A DNA stretch of 64,000 bases from Dendrobates tinctorius (Eukaryota), in NCBI RefSeq assembly GCF_039654945.1, contig NW_027361730.1, positions 33,728,001 through 33,792,000 on the forward strand, written 5' to 3'. Under the pieces are notes generated by a model. It was not told the DNA's origin and did no database searches. It saw nothing but the letters and a program-made list of their open reading frames with translations. Shown here one piece after another: positions 49,593 to 62,907 of this stretch. Each line of letters begins with the position of its first letter. Positions within the stretch are counted from its first letter, which is position 1. A program made the translations under genes and the position numbers.

Positions 49593-51665
49593 CAGAGGCG
49601 TATCTAGGCTTTCTGGCACCCGGGGCAAGAATTCGGTTTGGCGCCCCCCCGCCCAAGTACATATGCGACTTGCACACTTAGCCATGTACCTGCGAGCTGC
49701 TCTTCCTAATGCTCTCAATGTTCAGTAAAAAACTGAGAGAAGCAGGAAGAGAAGCTCGTTGTCACAGGACCATACCTATGAAAATCGCATATGAGTGAAG
49801 TGTCCATGTGATGACTACTGGAACCTGCAGAGCTGAATCCTGACATTGCAGCTTCTGAATTCTCACAACGAATGCACTGCACACTTTTAGGATTCTCCCT
49901 GGCCGATGTACAGTCATGTCAGCACAAGCATGTGATTTATATACTTCTGGCCACATTCTGACTAGACGTGCCCGGCCTCGCTCTGTTCATTTTCATTGAT
50001 TGAGGCCACACATGTCTAGTCAGCATGTGACCGCATGTATGTAAATTACCGGCACGAGAGAATCCTGACAGCGTTCAGTGAGCACTGTGAGAATTCAGGA
50101 GTCTGCAGTCACATAGAATGACTGCAGACTCAGCACAAACCTGGACAACCCCTTTAATGTTCCTAACAAATAAAAACATGAGAATAAGTCAGTATCACAA
50201 ATAATATTTACATCCAGGTACCTTATAGATGACGTCGTCTCTGCAGTCAGTCACCTTTTCTTCTAGACCCCATGATGAGTTTTCTCATCCACAGCCGTCT
50301 CTGCAGACTTCCATCTTCTCCGGTCTTCTGCAGCAAATCCCCACACGATGCCCTTAAAGATAGAAGTGTCATTATAATGCCCCTAAATAAAAATATCTGC
50401 AATATACTGTCGCCTCACATTATTCCCCTCTAGCATCCCACCTGTTCACCATACTGTCTCCTCATAGATTTACCCCCTCACTCTCTATACTGTCTGCTCA
50501 CACATATCCCTGACTCCCCATACTGTGTCCACTTACATTAACCCATTCACTCCCCATACTGTCTGCACCAATCCCCCATACTGTTTCCTCATACATACTC
50601 TTTATTTTGTGTCCTCAAATCTCCCCACATTAAATCCCCCCATCCCCAATCCCCCACACACATTAAGTACCCCCATCCCCACTCAAAATCCCCCCACACA
50701 TTAAATAACCCCCCATACCCACTCCAAATCCCCCCACACATTAACCCAATCCCCACTCATTAACCCCCATCAGCACTCCAAATCCCCCCACCCCCACTCC
50801 AAATCCCCCCACACATTAACCCCAACCCCACTCATTAACGCCCCCACACATTAACCCCCATCCCCATTCATTAACCCCCGCACAAATTAACCCAATCCTC
50901 ACTCCAAATCCCCCCACACATTAAATAACCATCTCCAATCCAAATACCCCCACACATTAACCCCCATCCCCATTCATTAACCCCCACACACATTAACCCC
51001 ATCCCCACTCATTAACCCCCATCCCAACATTAACACCCATCCCCACTCATTAACGCCCCCACACATTAACCCAATCCCCACTCATTAACCCCCATCACAT
51101 TAAATAACCCCCATCTCCACTCCAAATCCCCCCACACATTAACCCCATGGCATCCCCACTCATTAACCCCCACACACATTAACCCCCATCCCCACTCTAA
51201 ATACCCCCACAAATTAACCGCTATCCCCTCTACAAATCCCCCCCAGCTCCACTCTTTAACTCCACCTCATCTCCCATCTTCGGTGGTTCTTCAGCTCCAC
51301 AGAGGAGCACACTTACCACCAGCGTTTGCTTTGTGCGCCGGGGAGTGACGTCAGCAGCGTGATCACATGACCTGATCATGATGCTGACGTCTCTCTGGCC
51401 CGGCGGTCAGAGCTTCATTTGTACTGGCGTCTGTATAGACGCCAGTACAATTGTTCCCTGGGAGCCGGCACGTGCTCCTTCTCTGCGCCGGCTGTCAGCT
51501 TGACAGCTGACACAGAGAACCGCCAACTCTCAGGCCGGGGGGGCGGCAGAACGCAGCCGCCAAGGAGGACACTGCGGACCGCTGCATTAGGCGGCCCGAC
51601 TGCTCCCCCCTGCTGGCTGCGCCCGGGGCAACTGCCCCGGCTGCCCCCCCCTAGATACGCCCCTG
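49593..51665. mobile_element. Non-autonomous hAT element with an internal C-rich minisatellite (~50620-51245) and a T2-like inverted segment (~49760-50157)
   Basis: TIRs CAGAGGCGTATCTAGG / CCTAGATACGCCCCTG; 8-bp TSD GGGTTGTG / GAGCTGTG (6/8). Confidence 0.85.
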
Positions 51666-51723
51666 GAGCTGTGAACTCCCGGGACCTTTCTGGCGGCACC
51701 GCGAGCGTGAGAACTTTGGATAT

Positions 51724-51766
51724 CCTATGAGTAAGGGTGTTTGTAACACACCAGAAACACGTCAGG
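51724..51766 (+). ncRNA. Degenerate minimal type I hammerhead-like motif in a Penelope-like 3' end
   Basis: CCT-ATGAGTAAG-GGTGT(TTGTAAC)ACACC-AGAAAC-ACGTC-AGG, with AATAAA ~37 nt downstream; the core deviates from CUGANGA. Confidence 0.45.
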
Positions 51767-54700
51767 TTTTTCTTATGTATTTAGTGCGGTCTGACATGCT
51801 GGAATAAAGTTTTTGTACATTTTACATGGGTGGTGTGCCAAATCCATTCCTCCTCTTTTTTTTCTTGTATTGATGAATATTTCCTTAAAAAATATGTGCA
51901 GATGACAGATTTCTCTATGTAAATGCTCATGTTAAAATCACATTGCAATTGGATAGCTATCACACTGCATTCGGATGTCAATAGGATGCTAAGTGTGAAA
52001 AATCGGATTGTACTCTCATGAAAATCGAATGACACTTGCATGACGCTTGTCAGAATTTTATGGACCAAAACTGGACCTTTTTTTTCATGGTGATGGGTGC
52101 AAGCTCAAACAAGAGTATCTGGGTTCAGCAACAACTACTCCACCTGCTAAAAACTGAAAATTAAATTGCTAGAAACTAATCTGAAATCCCCACTTCTGTT
52201 GCAATCTATTAGCCAAAACGATCATCCTTGTAGAGGGAGCACATTGAGTAATAGATCCTGTCGATTTCCAGCTATATTGGTAAGTTGGCTCCCAATGTAA
52301 AACTCTACTTGATATATGATCTGCTTTTCTTTATGCTGTATACGATTGATCGCATTGCTTCCAGCAGATAACGCCGCTGTATCCATAGCTTTGCGGTTTT
52401 GCTATTTGTTGTTACCTTTGCTGCTTCGTTGTAACTTGCCAGCTCTGTTTTGTGCCAACACAAACTTTCAGATGTAGAAGAGTCTAGTTTCTTTTTACTA
52501 AGTAACACAGTGCAAGACCAATGCTAGATCACAGTGTAAAAGATGTCTACAGAGCTTAGTAATATTGACTGTTGGGATCACATTATGAAATCTCACATTG
52601 TCTGGGTCAAAAGTGTACCAGGTTACTGTGTTTGATAGATAATGATCCCATTAATAAAATGCACAATATTACTGGAAAAAGAGATGTCAAAGTAAGCTTC
52701 TTATGTCCTACAAGACACAACATAAATGGCTCGGGAGAAGAGGACAACTAATCTGGATCGCTGCAACATTCCTTCATTTACGGGTCATCATTGACAAACT
52801 GGGCCAATGTGGACAGGCAGCTAGGAGCTGGTTTTACTGGTTAAACTTTAGCAATGCCATAGTTATTGCTGAATCTGTGTAAGGGAATATTTCAGCATTC
52901 ATAATGGAAAATAACCACATCAAGTTAAGGTTTACATGAATTCATCTGTGGACGTCTCTAAGGCCTCATTCAGATATCAGTTATATTTCTCGTACACAAA
53001 CAACAACTTCCATTCGAATGCTCTCCTTGTGTCATCTGTATGTCAGTTTTTTACATCTGTATGACACCCGTTTTTAAACACATAAGCATTTACAAAAAAT
53101 CACACTTGGTATCTAAAATGTAATCTGTAGAGCCCTATTCCATACACTTTGGTGAAACTGTAATATGCTGAGTTTTTAGCCCAAGTAAATACGCACTAGA
53201 AAAATTGCATCAAATACTCATTGTGAGAACTTAGCCTAACACATCAGTTTTTCAAAGAAAGAAAAAAACGATGGAGGGTTATGACAGAAAAATGTCATAG
53301 TGGCAAAAAAACCTACTTCCTACAGCCACATTGAGAAAAAAACAAACAAACATTGAAAAATGCAAGTAAAGTGAAAAAGAAAATAGCACCTGAAAAATTA
53401 CCGTATGTGTTAGTACTGAATTTCAGAATTTCCTATTGACTTCCAATCAACATCTGGCTGTGTTTTTATGCAGTTTGTGACTGTACCCTATAAAGGCTCA
53501 TTTCATAAGCATTTTTTTCTGGTCAGATGTTGCATTAAAAGGAATCTGTCAGTAGGATCAATTCTCCTAAATCGTCTATATGGGCATGTAGGTCATAGAA
53601 AGTTGAATAAAATGATATCTTGATACTTACGATCCAATGTCTTATTCCAGTGAAATCCACATTTGTCTTAAGATGTAAGGCGCTGTTAAGATCTATGGGC
53701 AGAACATAGATATCTCCCCCAAGAGTCTGCTACCAGAACCTATTTTAAATGAAATGGGGCATTACCAGTGTGAGACATGTAATGACTGACAATCTGTTTC
53801 TCATCTCATTGCAGAGCTGTGTGTGATTATAACTAATACAGTACAGCAGAGCTGAACTTAGTCTCATTACAAACACATCTGCAATTGTAGCTCTCCTTTC
53901 ATAGTGATATCAGCTCTGCTGCAAATATCTGCCGGATTACAACTAACATTTCTTCAGCTTCAATTTCATGGGCAGCCAATGTGGGGGGAGGGGAGTGCAG
54001 CTAAGGTGGTAGACATGTGTATAACACAGTAGACTCTAATGGGTACGTATTCTATCTGTGAAAACCACGGATTAAACACAAAATTGAAAAACGGAAGTCT
54101 AAATGAGGTGTCAAGAAAAGCTTAAGTAGATGAAAAATTAAAAATAAGCATTTCCTCAAGTGGTCTCTGCTTGAAAAACTCCATCTACATATAGCCTTAC
54201 CTCCATCAACTTTCTAAACATGATGTGAGATGGGACTTAAAAAATCAGCGGAGAGCAGCGCTTTTAGATTTTGCTGGCACTGTAAAGGGCATGACAGACG
54301 ATCTTTAACTTTATGTAGCAAGCAATTAAGAGGCATAGAGCTTATTAGACAAGCATGGATCCCAATTCTTCAGTCTCATATCAAGCTGCAGAGGTTTGCA
54401 CTTGTGGATGAAATATAGCTATAGTACCAGGAATAATGCGCTAGACATTTTACTTAAATACATCTGGGAAAAAGGTGTACATAATAGGAGAACTCATTTA
54501 TAGTTACTAATTCACACACATTACAAGATAGTTTTTTTGCTCCTTGTTTCTACCACTAATAAATATCAATAAAATTCCAGAGAGGAATGAACAGGGAAAT
54601 ATTTGGGATGTGCTAAAACAGCCAGAGAGATATTCTTAGCTCGTTATGATGCCAGCTAATTTATCTGTTACATAATGTACTTTTCAAACCGGTCGAACCA

Positions 54701-54846
54701 GATGCAATTAATATGTTTATTGTTACATTACCAAACTTACCTACCTGGCCCTTTGTTATTTTATGCAGAGATCCCATGAGGATTTAAAAGCTTATTTTAA
54801 GCTTTACTTTTTTGTTTTACTGACGTTCATTTTGCTTGCCTTGCAG

Positions 54847-54953
54847 GAAATTTCAGCAATGTGAGACTTCGGCTACAGGCTGCCATGACTGTTCAAGCTA
54901 AAAGGCATGGAGTACAACAAACACTGACAGTGACCCTTCCTGATGCGACAGAA
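54847..54953 (+). CDS. Candidate internal coding exon of an unidentified host gene: xNFSNVRLRLQAAMTVQAKRHGVQQTLTVTLPDATE
   Basis: Branch point TACTGAC, pyrimidine tract, TTGCAG|G acceptor, GAA|GTATGC donor; 107 nt with only one open frame (phase 1 to 0); non-repetitive flanks. Confidence 0.62.
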
Positions 54954-55710
54954 GTATGCTTCTGCTATAAGAACCCTGTACATTGTACAGTATATATTGA
55001 TATGAGAATTACGTTAGGTGAGAGTTATTGGATTATTTCTGCAGAATAAATATATATGTGCTGCTACACAAAATCCCCAAAATAATTTTACTGTATGAAG
55101 TACTCCTAGAGGTAAGAGCAATGACAAAATGCAAAAGTGACCAAAACAAAAGCCAAAAAGGATGAGAACAGAGAAATGGTCTGTGGTCACCCCATGCAGA
55201 ACCACTCATATATAGGGGATGTCTTGCTAATTTCCTATAATTTCTACCTATTGTATGTTCCATTTCCACAACAGCAAGAGAAATTGGCTTACAATCAGTG
55301 TTGCTTCATTACTGGGACAGGTTGATTTCACAGAAGTGTGATTGACTTGGAGTTACATTGTGTTGTTTAAGTGTTCCCCTTATTTCTTAAGCAGTGTATA
55401 TATGTACTGCTACACAACATGTCACAAAGAATTTTCCTGTAAGAAAAGTGCAAATATGCCAGAAAGACTAATATGACTGTAAACTGTGATATGACTAAAG
55501 CTAACCATAGGCAGACAGATAATGCAGCCAATTAGACAATAGGGCACATTTATCAATGCGATTTTTTATTTTTTTACTTTTCTGGCGTCAATACATTGAA
55601 AAGAGAGGATTTCGTGCTGATTGTCATATTTATTAAATCACTCACCATATTTATTGACATCAGAGACATTTTTATGAACTTAAAGGGGATGTTGAGCAGA
55701 GAAAAATTAC

Positions 55711-55813
55711 TGTTCGTTGCTTATGAATTGTTAAAAAAAAAAGATTAACATACTTTTTCAAATGTTCGTTGCTTATGAATTGTTAAAAAAAAAGATTAAC
55801 ATACTTTTTCAAA
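55711..55813. repeat. Near-perfect tandem duplication of ~52 bp
   Basis: TGTTCGTTGCTTATGAATTGTT(A)nGATTAACATACTTTTTCAAA occurs twice. Confidence 0.9.
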
Positions 55814-55980
55814 TCTGCAGAAATCTTTGATATCTCTTTATTCTGGCACCTCAATAGCAAGAAAACACATTCTACTGTGTGTCAAGTAGAATGCAGAAGT
55901 AGTGATGGCAGGATTAGGACAGTTGAATACCTTGGCTTTCATGTAACCTGGTGCAAATACTCAGTTTGCTCAACCCCCTA

Positions 55981-58900
55981 TAATAATAATAATTTTATTT
56001 CTATAGCGCCAACATATTCCACAGCACTTTACATTATAGAGGGGACTTCTACAAACAATAGACATTAAAGCATGACAGTAATCACATAGATCAAAACAGA
56101 TACCAAGAGGAGTGAGGGCCCTGCTCGCAAGCTTACAATCTATAAGGAAAAAGGGGAGACACGAAAGGTGGATGGTAACAATTGCTTTTATTGTTTGGAC
56201 CAGCCATAGTGTAAGAATCGGGTGTTCCTGTTGCTGCATGAACCAGTTAACAGTCTAAATATGTAACAGTACAGACACAGAGGGCTATTAAATGCATAAA
56301 GCATGTGAGAACATGATGAGAGGAACCTGGTTATGGTAAAAAATTTTGAATGAGCCACACAGGGATATTTAGGTTAATGCGTTGAGGCGATAGGCCAGTC
56401 TGAACAAATGCGCTTTTAGAGCACACCTAAAACTGTGGGGATTGGGGATTGGGGATTAATCGTATTAACCTGGGTAGTGCATTACAAAGAATTGGCGCAA
56501 CACATGAAAAGTCTTGGAGACGGGAGTGGGAGGTTCTGATTATTGAGGATGTTAACCTCAGGTCATTAGCAGAACCAGGGGTGGATTAAGGGTGGCCAGG
56601 GCCCCGGGCTGTTAGACTCTGTGGGCCCCCCGATCATGTGACGGGGTTGGGAAGTCACTAGTTTTCATGACGCATACGGTGCGTCAAGGGGCGGGAAGGG
56701 GTTAAATACTGAGGTAAAAAAACTCTGCAAATACGCAACGTGTGCACGAGGCCTCACAAATACTGAGGTAAAAAACACCAAATGCTCAGCGTGTCCATGA
56801 GGCCTCACAAATACTGAGTGAAAAACTCACCAAATACTTAGCAAGTGCACGAGGCCTTATAAATACTGAGGTAAAAACTCACCAAATACTCAGCATGTGC
56901 ACAAGGCCTTATAAATACTGAGGTAAAAACTCACCAAATACTCAGCGTGTGCGGGAGGCCTTACAAATACTGGAAGGCTTCCACCCAACATCTAGTCCTG
57001 ACTCACCTGTACCTAACATCAAAACTAATAGTCTGCAATCACCTGCTGACCTGGACCCATGACCTGTAAGACAAGTTACTTCACATGAGTCACACAGAGG
57101 CTTCTGCTTCATGAACTTCCCCAGATAGAAGAAGCAGCCTCTGATGTGCAGCCTGTGGCCGTATACATAGGAAGAGACGCTCCTCGTCACAGGCTGTGCC
57201 CAACATGTCAGCAGAGGGGTTAATGCCACAGACAAGTCGCCGTCTCCTCACACACTGGATACGACCCTGCATCTGGCAACGAACAAGCGCACATTGCGCA
57301 ATGTTAGTCACGTCCCAGATGTTCAGCATGTGGAGGACCAAGGGGGGACCAAAAAAGACCTCAGGATTGGTACAGGAGTATGGGAAAGTGGACGGCGGTC
57401 GGAGGGTCAGGGTTTATATAGGGGTCGGAGTAAGTAAATATATATATATGCGGGCAGCGTACACATGCACAATCCTCAGGTTGTATAACTTTCAACTGGT
57501 CAAAACATTTCTCTCAGTAGGCCAAGAAAGAAATGTGGCAGGAATAAAGTACACCTCATAGTAACTTATGTGTGAGGCAGAGGTGATGAGACCCGCCATC
57601 TCGTGCCCACGTTACTAGAGGTGCCCACTGCCCACATATAACAAAGTTGATGGAAACAGATGACTTCCACTATGATGATTGGTTACCGGCCACCCGACCA
57701 CACCCATTTCACAACTAGTCACACCCATGTCCATGCCCCAACCACACCCATTTAGCACTGCTGATCACACTGACTGGTACTGAGGGGACAGTGGCTGGTA
57801 CTGTGGGCACACTGACTGGTACTGAGGAAANNNNNNNNNNNNNNNNNNNNNNNNNNNNNNNNNNNNNNNNNNNNNNNNNNNNNNNNNNNNNNNNNNNNNN
57901 NNNNNNNNNNNNNNNNNNNNNNNNNNNNNNNNNNNNNNNNNNNNNNNNNNNNNNNNNNNNNNNNNNNNNNNNACAGAAAAAAAGAAAAGAGAGAAAAAAA
58001 GAAAGAGGGGAAAGAAAGAAAGAACAGAGAGGGAGAGAGAAAGAAAGAACAGTGAGAAAGAAAGAAAGAGGGGAAAGAAAGAACAGAGAAAGAAAAAAAG
58101 AAAGAAAGGGGAAAGAAAGAAAGAACAGAGGGGGAGAGAGAAAGAAAGAGGGGAAAGAAGAAAGAAAAAGAAAGAGGTGAAAGAAAGAACAAAGAGAGAA
58201 AAAAAGAAAGAAAGGTGAAATAAAGAACAGAGAGGGAGAGAGAAAGAAAAAGGCGAAAGAAAGAACAGAAAGTGAAAGAAAGAAAGAACAGAGAGAGAAA
58301 GAAAGACAAGGAAAGAGGGGAAAGAAAGAAAGATTCAATAAAGACACTATACCAGCCCGGCTCATATTGTAGTGCCCACCTGAGCCTCCTGGTGCAGGAT
58401 ATATCATGATCCACTCACATGGCTGACATCCCAGAGTCCAAGGCGATCCCGCTGTCCACGCTGTCAGAGAAGGACATAGGACATGGTGATGATCTGAAGC
58501 ATTCCCTGAAGTGCCTCCATGGTTCCGATACAATCTCCTCCGGTCAGCTTCCAGCATGTCACTTCCGATGGAATGTCACGTACGAGTTTTCAAGTGCTCC
58601 TCGGGGCTCCGCCATATACTCCTGTGTCCGCGGGAAAAGTAAGCTCCCGGTCGGGGCAGTCTCTCAAAATCTGGGACGGTTGGGAGATATGAATGCTCCC
58701 CATCATACACCTTGTACACGCATGGCTCCACACACCTCATACACACAAGGTTCCGCTTTGTATGCCTCGTACACATGGCTTCGCTCCGTACACCTCGCAC
58801 ACACACGGCTCCACTCAGTATACACATGGCTCCACTGCGTAAACCTCGTACACATGTAGCTCTGCTCCGTATACCTTATACACATACGGCCATGCTCTGT

Positions 58901-59575
58901 ACACCTTGTACACACATGGCTCTGCTCCATAAACCTTGTACACATGCAGTTTTGCTCCATACACCTTGTACACACGTGGCTCAGCTCCACTGAAGCCCCT
59001 GATCATGTAAGCCCTGACTCCTCCCCTCCTGTGACCTCATCACAGGTCCTGTGTGCACAGAGAAGCGATTTATCAGTGAGGGGCTGGCACTGCGGTGGCC
59101 GGTGGGTCTGGGATGGAGAGGAAGGGTCGGTACATGGGGGGGCATGGCACTATGGTGGCGGATTATAATGGGGCAATTTTCCTTGGGCTGTGCCCCCCCT
59201 ATGCCACTGGGCCCTGGGCTACCACCCAGATTGACCTCATTATAATCCGCCACTAAGCAGAACAGAGGGCACGGGTAGGGTGGTTGGTTGAGACGAGTAA
59301 GGAGATGTAGGGTGGTGCTGAGCCATGGGGTGCTTTGTGGGTGAGGGTAATAAATTTATAATGAATTCTGGAGTGGATGGGTAACCAGTGTAAAGACTGG
59401 CACAAGGTAGAGGCATCGGTATAACGATTGGTGAGGAATATGATCCTAGCTGTAGCATTCAGGTCAGATTGGAGACGGGAGAGTTTGGTAAGAGGGAGAC
59501 CGATTAGTAGAGAGTTACAATAGTCCAGACGAGAATGAATAAGAGAAACAGTAAGAGATTTTGCAGAGTCGAAAG
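55981..59575 (-). mobile_element. L2 LINE 3' portion (55981-56575 and 59256-59575) split by a hAT element
   Basis: (TTA)n tail, GTGCTGTGGAATATGTTGGCGCTATAGAAATAAA 3' end; remnants VLCNALP, LHWLP and LDYCNSLL..LP on the minus strand. Confidence 0.87.
56576..59255. mobile_element. Non-autonomous hAT element with heterogeneous cargo (52-bp minisatellite 56705-56970, N gap, purine tract 57975-58335, ACAC-rich repeats 58700-58990)
   Basis: Exact 8-bp TSD AGCAGAAC (56568-75 / 59256-63); TIRs CAGGGGTGGATTA / TAATCCGCCACTA. Confidence 0.88.
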
Positions 59576-59912
59576 TCTGTCACCATGAAAATGCAGTTCA
59601 ATCTGAGGGCACAATGTCATAGAGCAGAAGGAGCGGAGCAGATTGATATATGATGATATATAGTTTTGTGAGTGATTTTGTAGGAAAACAATTATTCCAC
59701 CCACAAAATTTCACAGCAATTATAATATTCAAGTGTTTGACAATTAAAAACCCTGCGTTGGCTGCTTGCTCATGTGGTTTTCAGTCACTCCTTCTGGCCT
59801 TACCCTCACTCCATTTATTGTTTCCCTCCCACAAACAATTTGTCCTCCTCCACCCAACACACTGAGGTCTATCAGTTTGCTCAATCAGTTCAGCTCTACC
59901 AACGGCCTCTAA

Positions 59913-60361
59913 GGGTCCCGTTTCAAGTAGCGACGCACCAGCGATCCCGACAATGATACGACCTGGTAAGGATCGCTGGTGCGTCGCTAAATGGTCGCTA
60001 GTAAGCTACCAAACAGGCAGATCTCTCCAGCGACGCAGCAACAATCCGGCGATCCGTATAACGACCTCGGCGGTCGTTGGTACCTTGTCACACAGGAGCT
60101 ATTCTGAACGATTCCAGCCTGCGTCCCTTGGTTCTGCGTCGCCAATGAGGTCGCTCGTCGGCGTCAAACACAGCGATGCATGCTGGTCAGCAGGACGCCG
60201 ACGATGAAAAAATGGCCCAGGACATTCCAGCACGATCAGTGATATCCAGCGGGGGGACCAGTCGCCGCTACGTGTCACATGTAGTGAGATCGCAGGCGAG
60301 ATCGCTGTTGCGTCACAAAATCGGTGATGCAACAGCGATCTCGCTATGTGAGACGGGGGCT
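59913..60361. mobile_element. PIF/Harbinger-like MITE
   Basis: TAA TSDs; TIRs GGGTCCCGTTTCA / TGAGACGGGGGCT. Confidence 0.85.
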
Positions 60362-60988
60362 TAACAGCAGACAGCTGCAGTACTAAACAGCTAAACTGCA
60401 AGCAGAGGTGTCACTAGAAAAGGCAAGGCATGTAGGCCTCATTCAGACCTTCATTTAGCACATACGAATGCTATTGTGTGGTTGTCATGGATAGCACTGG
60501 TACTAGTCTATGGGGCCATTCGCATATCCGCCATTTTTCGTGCAGACACATCTGATTTTGATCAAAATCGACAATACAAGTCTATGGATCCGTGAAAAAA
60601 ATCAGACCGCACTTAGATGCCATCGGAGTGTGGTCCAGTTTTCAGAGAGTATAACATAGGAGAAGGTGGAGAAACTTTTATTTTTCTCAACGTACGAGAA
60701 AAACAGATTACACTCTGATCAAACTCTGATCAAAATAATCAATCCATTTTTATCGTATGTGTAGAACATCGGATGTCTGAATCAGCCATCAGGTTCCTAC
60801 AATGAGTATCTAGTTCATTTTTGATGCTGTAGATTTCGTTCAGAATTTCTATACCATTTAGCTATATCAGGTTGCTTGAGTTTTCATTGTGCTTTTTATT
60901 GTTTTTTTTTTTTACATGTGGTTTTATTGTGTTTTTTTTTCTGCTGCGGTCTTTGTCTCTTTTTGGTTTGTAATCCTATATAATAATC

Positions 60989-62513
60989 GTCTCCAGGTCC
61001 AGATGAATTACACCCCAGAGTACTGAAGGAGATAGCAGAAGAAATTTTTGAACCCCTCTCCATAATCTTTGAAAATTCTTGGAGAACAGGAGAAGTGCCA
61101 GAAGACTGGAGAAGAGCAAATGTTGTTCCTATCTTCAAAAAGGGGAAGAAGGTGGACCCAGGCAACTATAGGCCGGTGAGTCTGACTTCTATACCAGGAA
61201 AGATCTTTGAACAAATTATTAAACAACATGTATGTCAATACCTGGATAAGAATGAAGTGATTAAACAGAGTCAGCATGGGTTTGTAACTAATAAGTCATG
61301 TCAGACTAATTTAATTTCCTTCTATGACGGTATTACTGATTGGGTGGATCAAGGAAATGCTGTAGATATAGTATATCTTGACTTCAGCAAAGCATTTGAC
61401 AAAGTCTCTCATACAATCCTTATTGAAAAAATGACTAAGTATGGAATGGACAAGGCAACTGTTAGGTGGATTCATAACTGGCTTAGTGATCGGACCCAAA
61501 GAGTGGTCGTAAATGGCTGCACATCCAGTTGGAAGAATGTCTCAAGTGGGGTACCACAGGGCTCTGTCCTGGGCCCTGTATTGTTCAACATCTTTATCAA
61601 CGATTTAGATGAAGGAATTGAGGGTAAACTGATTAAATTTGCTGATGACACAAAGCTAGGAGGGATAGCTAATACTAGAGAAGAGAGAGAGAGGATTCAA
61701 AAAGATTTAAATAAACTGGAGAAGTGGGCAGCAACTAACAGAATGGTTTTTAACAGGGAGAAATGCAAAGTACTACATCTGGGCAATAAAAATGAAAAAA
61801 GCATATATAGAATGGGAGGAATAGGGCTAAGTGACAGCACATGTGAAAAAGACTTGGGTATACTAATAGATCACAGACTGAATATGAGTCAACAGTGTGA
61901 TGCAGCAGCAAAAAAGGCAAATGCAATTCTAGGATGTATTAACAGAAGCATACAGTCTAGATCACGTGAAGTAATTATTTCCCTCTACTCCTCTTTGGTC
62001 AGACCTCATCTGGAATATTGTGTCCAATTTTGGGCACCACATTTTAAAAAAGACATCAACAAACTGGAGCAAGTTCAGAAAAGAGCGACCAGAATGGTGA
62101 CCGGTCTGCAAACCCTGTCTTATGAGGAAAGGTTGCAGGATTTGGGAATGTTTAGTTTGCAAAAGAGAAGACTGAGAGGAGACTTAATAGCTGTCTACAA
62201 ATATCTAAAGGGCTGTCACATTGTAGAAGGATCAACTTTATTCTCATTTGCACAAGGAAAGACTAGAAGCAATGGGATGAAGCTGAATGGGAGGAGACAC
62301 AGATTAGATATTAGAAAAAACTTTTTGACAGTTAGAGTGATCAATGAGTGGAACAGGCTGCCACGAGAAGTGGTGAGTTCTCCTTCAATGGAAGTCTTTA
62401 AACAGAGGCTGGACAGACATCTAACTGGGATGATTTAGCGAATCCTGCTTTGAGCAGGAGGTTGGACCAGATGGCCCAGGAGGTCCCTTCCAACTCTACG
62501 ATTCTATGATTCT
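60989..62513 (+). mobile_element. 5'-truncated young CR1 with an uninterrupted RT frame (to 62438), inserted in the 5' end of a Helitron
   Basis: SPGPDELHPRVLKE..VPEDWR..YLDFSKAFD..KFADD; flanks CTATATAATAATCGTCT and GTCTAATTCTGTCTG rejoin to match the Helitron at 14914. Confidence 0.96.
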
Positions 62514-62907
62514 TGTCTAATTCTGTCTGTCTCTCTGTTTGTAATGGAAATCCCGCGTCGCTGATTGGTCACGCCCAGCCGGCCGCGACCAATCAGTGAC
62601 AGGCGCAGTCCGAAAAGTGTGACCAACTTTTTACTATTGATGCTGCCTATGTATTCAGTTACCTGAATACACAAGCACTGCTGTCGCTTCTTGTTACGAT
62701 TATCATCTCTCACAGGAACAGCTCTGTCCTAAATAAACACGACTGTGAGGAGCAGGAAAGGGTCGATGACTGCCCAACTCAAATAATTCCTCCTGCAGTT
62801 GGACACATATTTTATAAATTAGTAGATCAAACATAATTAATAAATTAGGGCAAAATGTATTAAATAGCAAGCATACACTTGTTTAAGGGGTATTCTCAAG
62901 TTTTTAA

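Noticed and set aside
52305-52508. Minus-strand exon with an AAG|GTAACA donor
   Set aside because: Weak acceptor, no recognisable peptide, and opposite strand to the better exon candidate.
57715-58557. Long F/L/S-rich and K/E/R-rich ORFs
   Set aside because: Purine-tract low complexity spanning an N gap.
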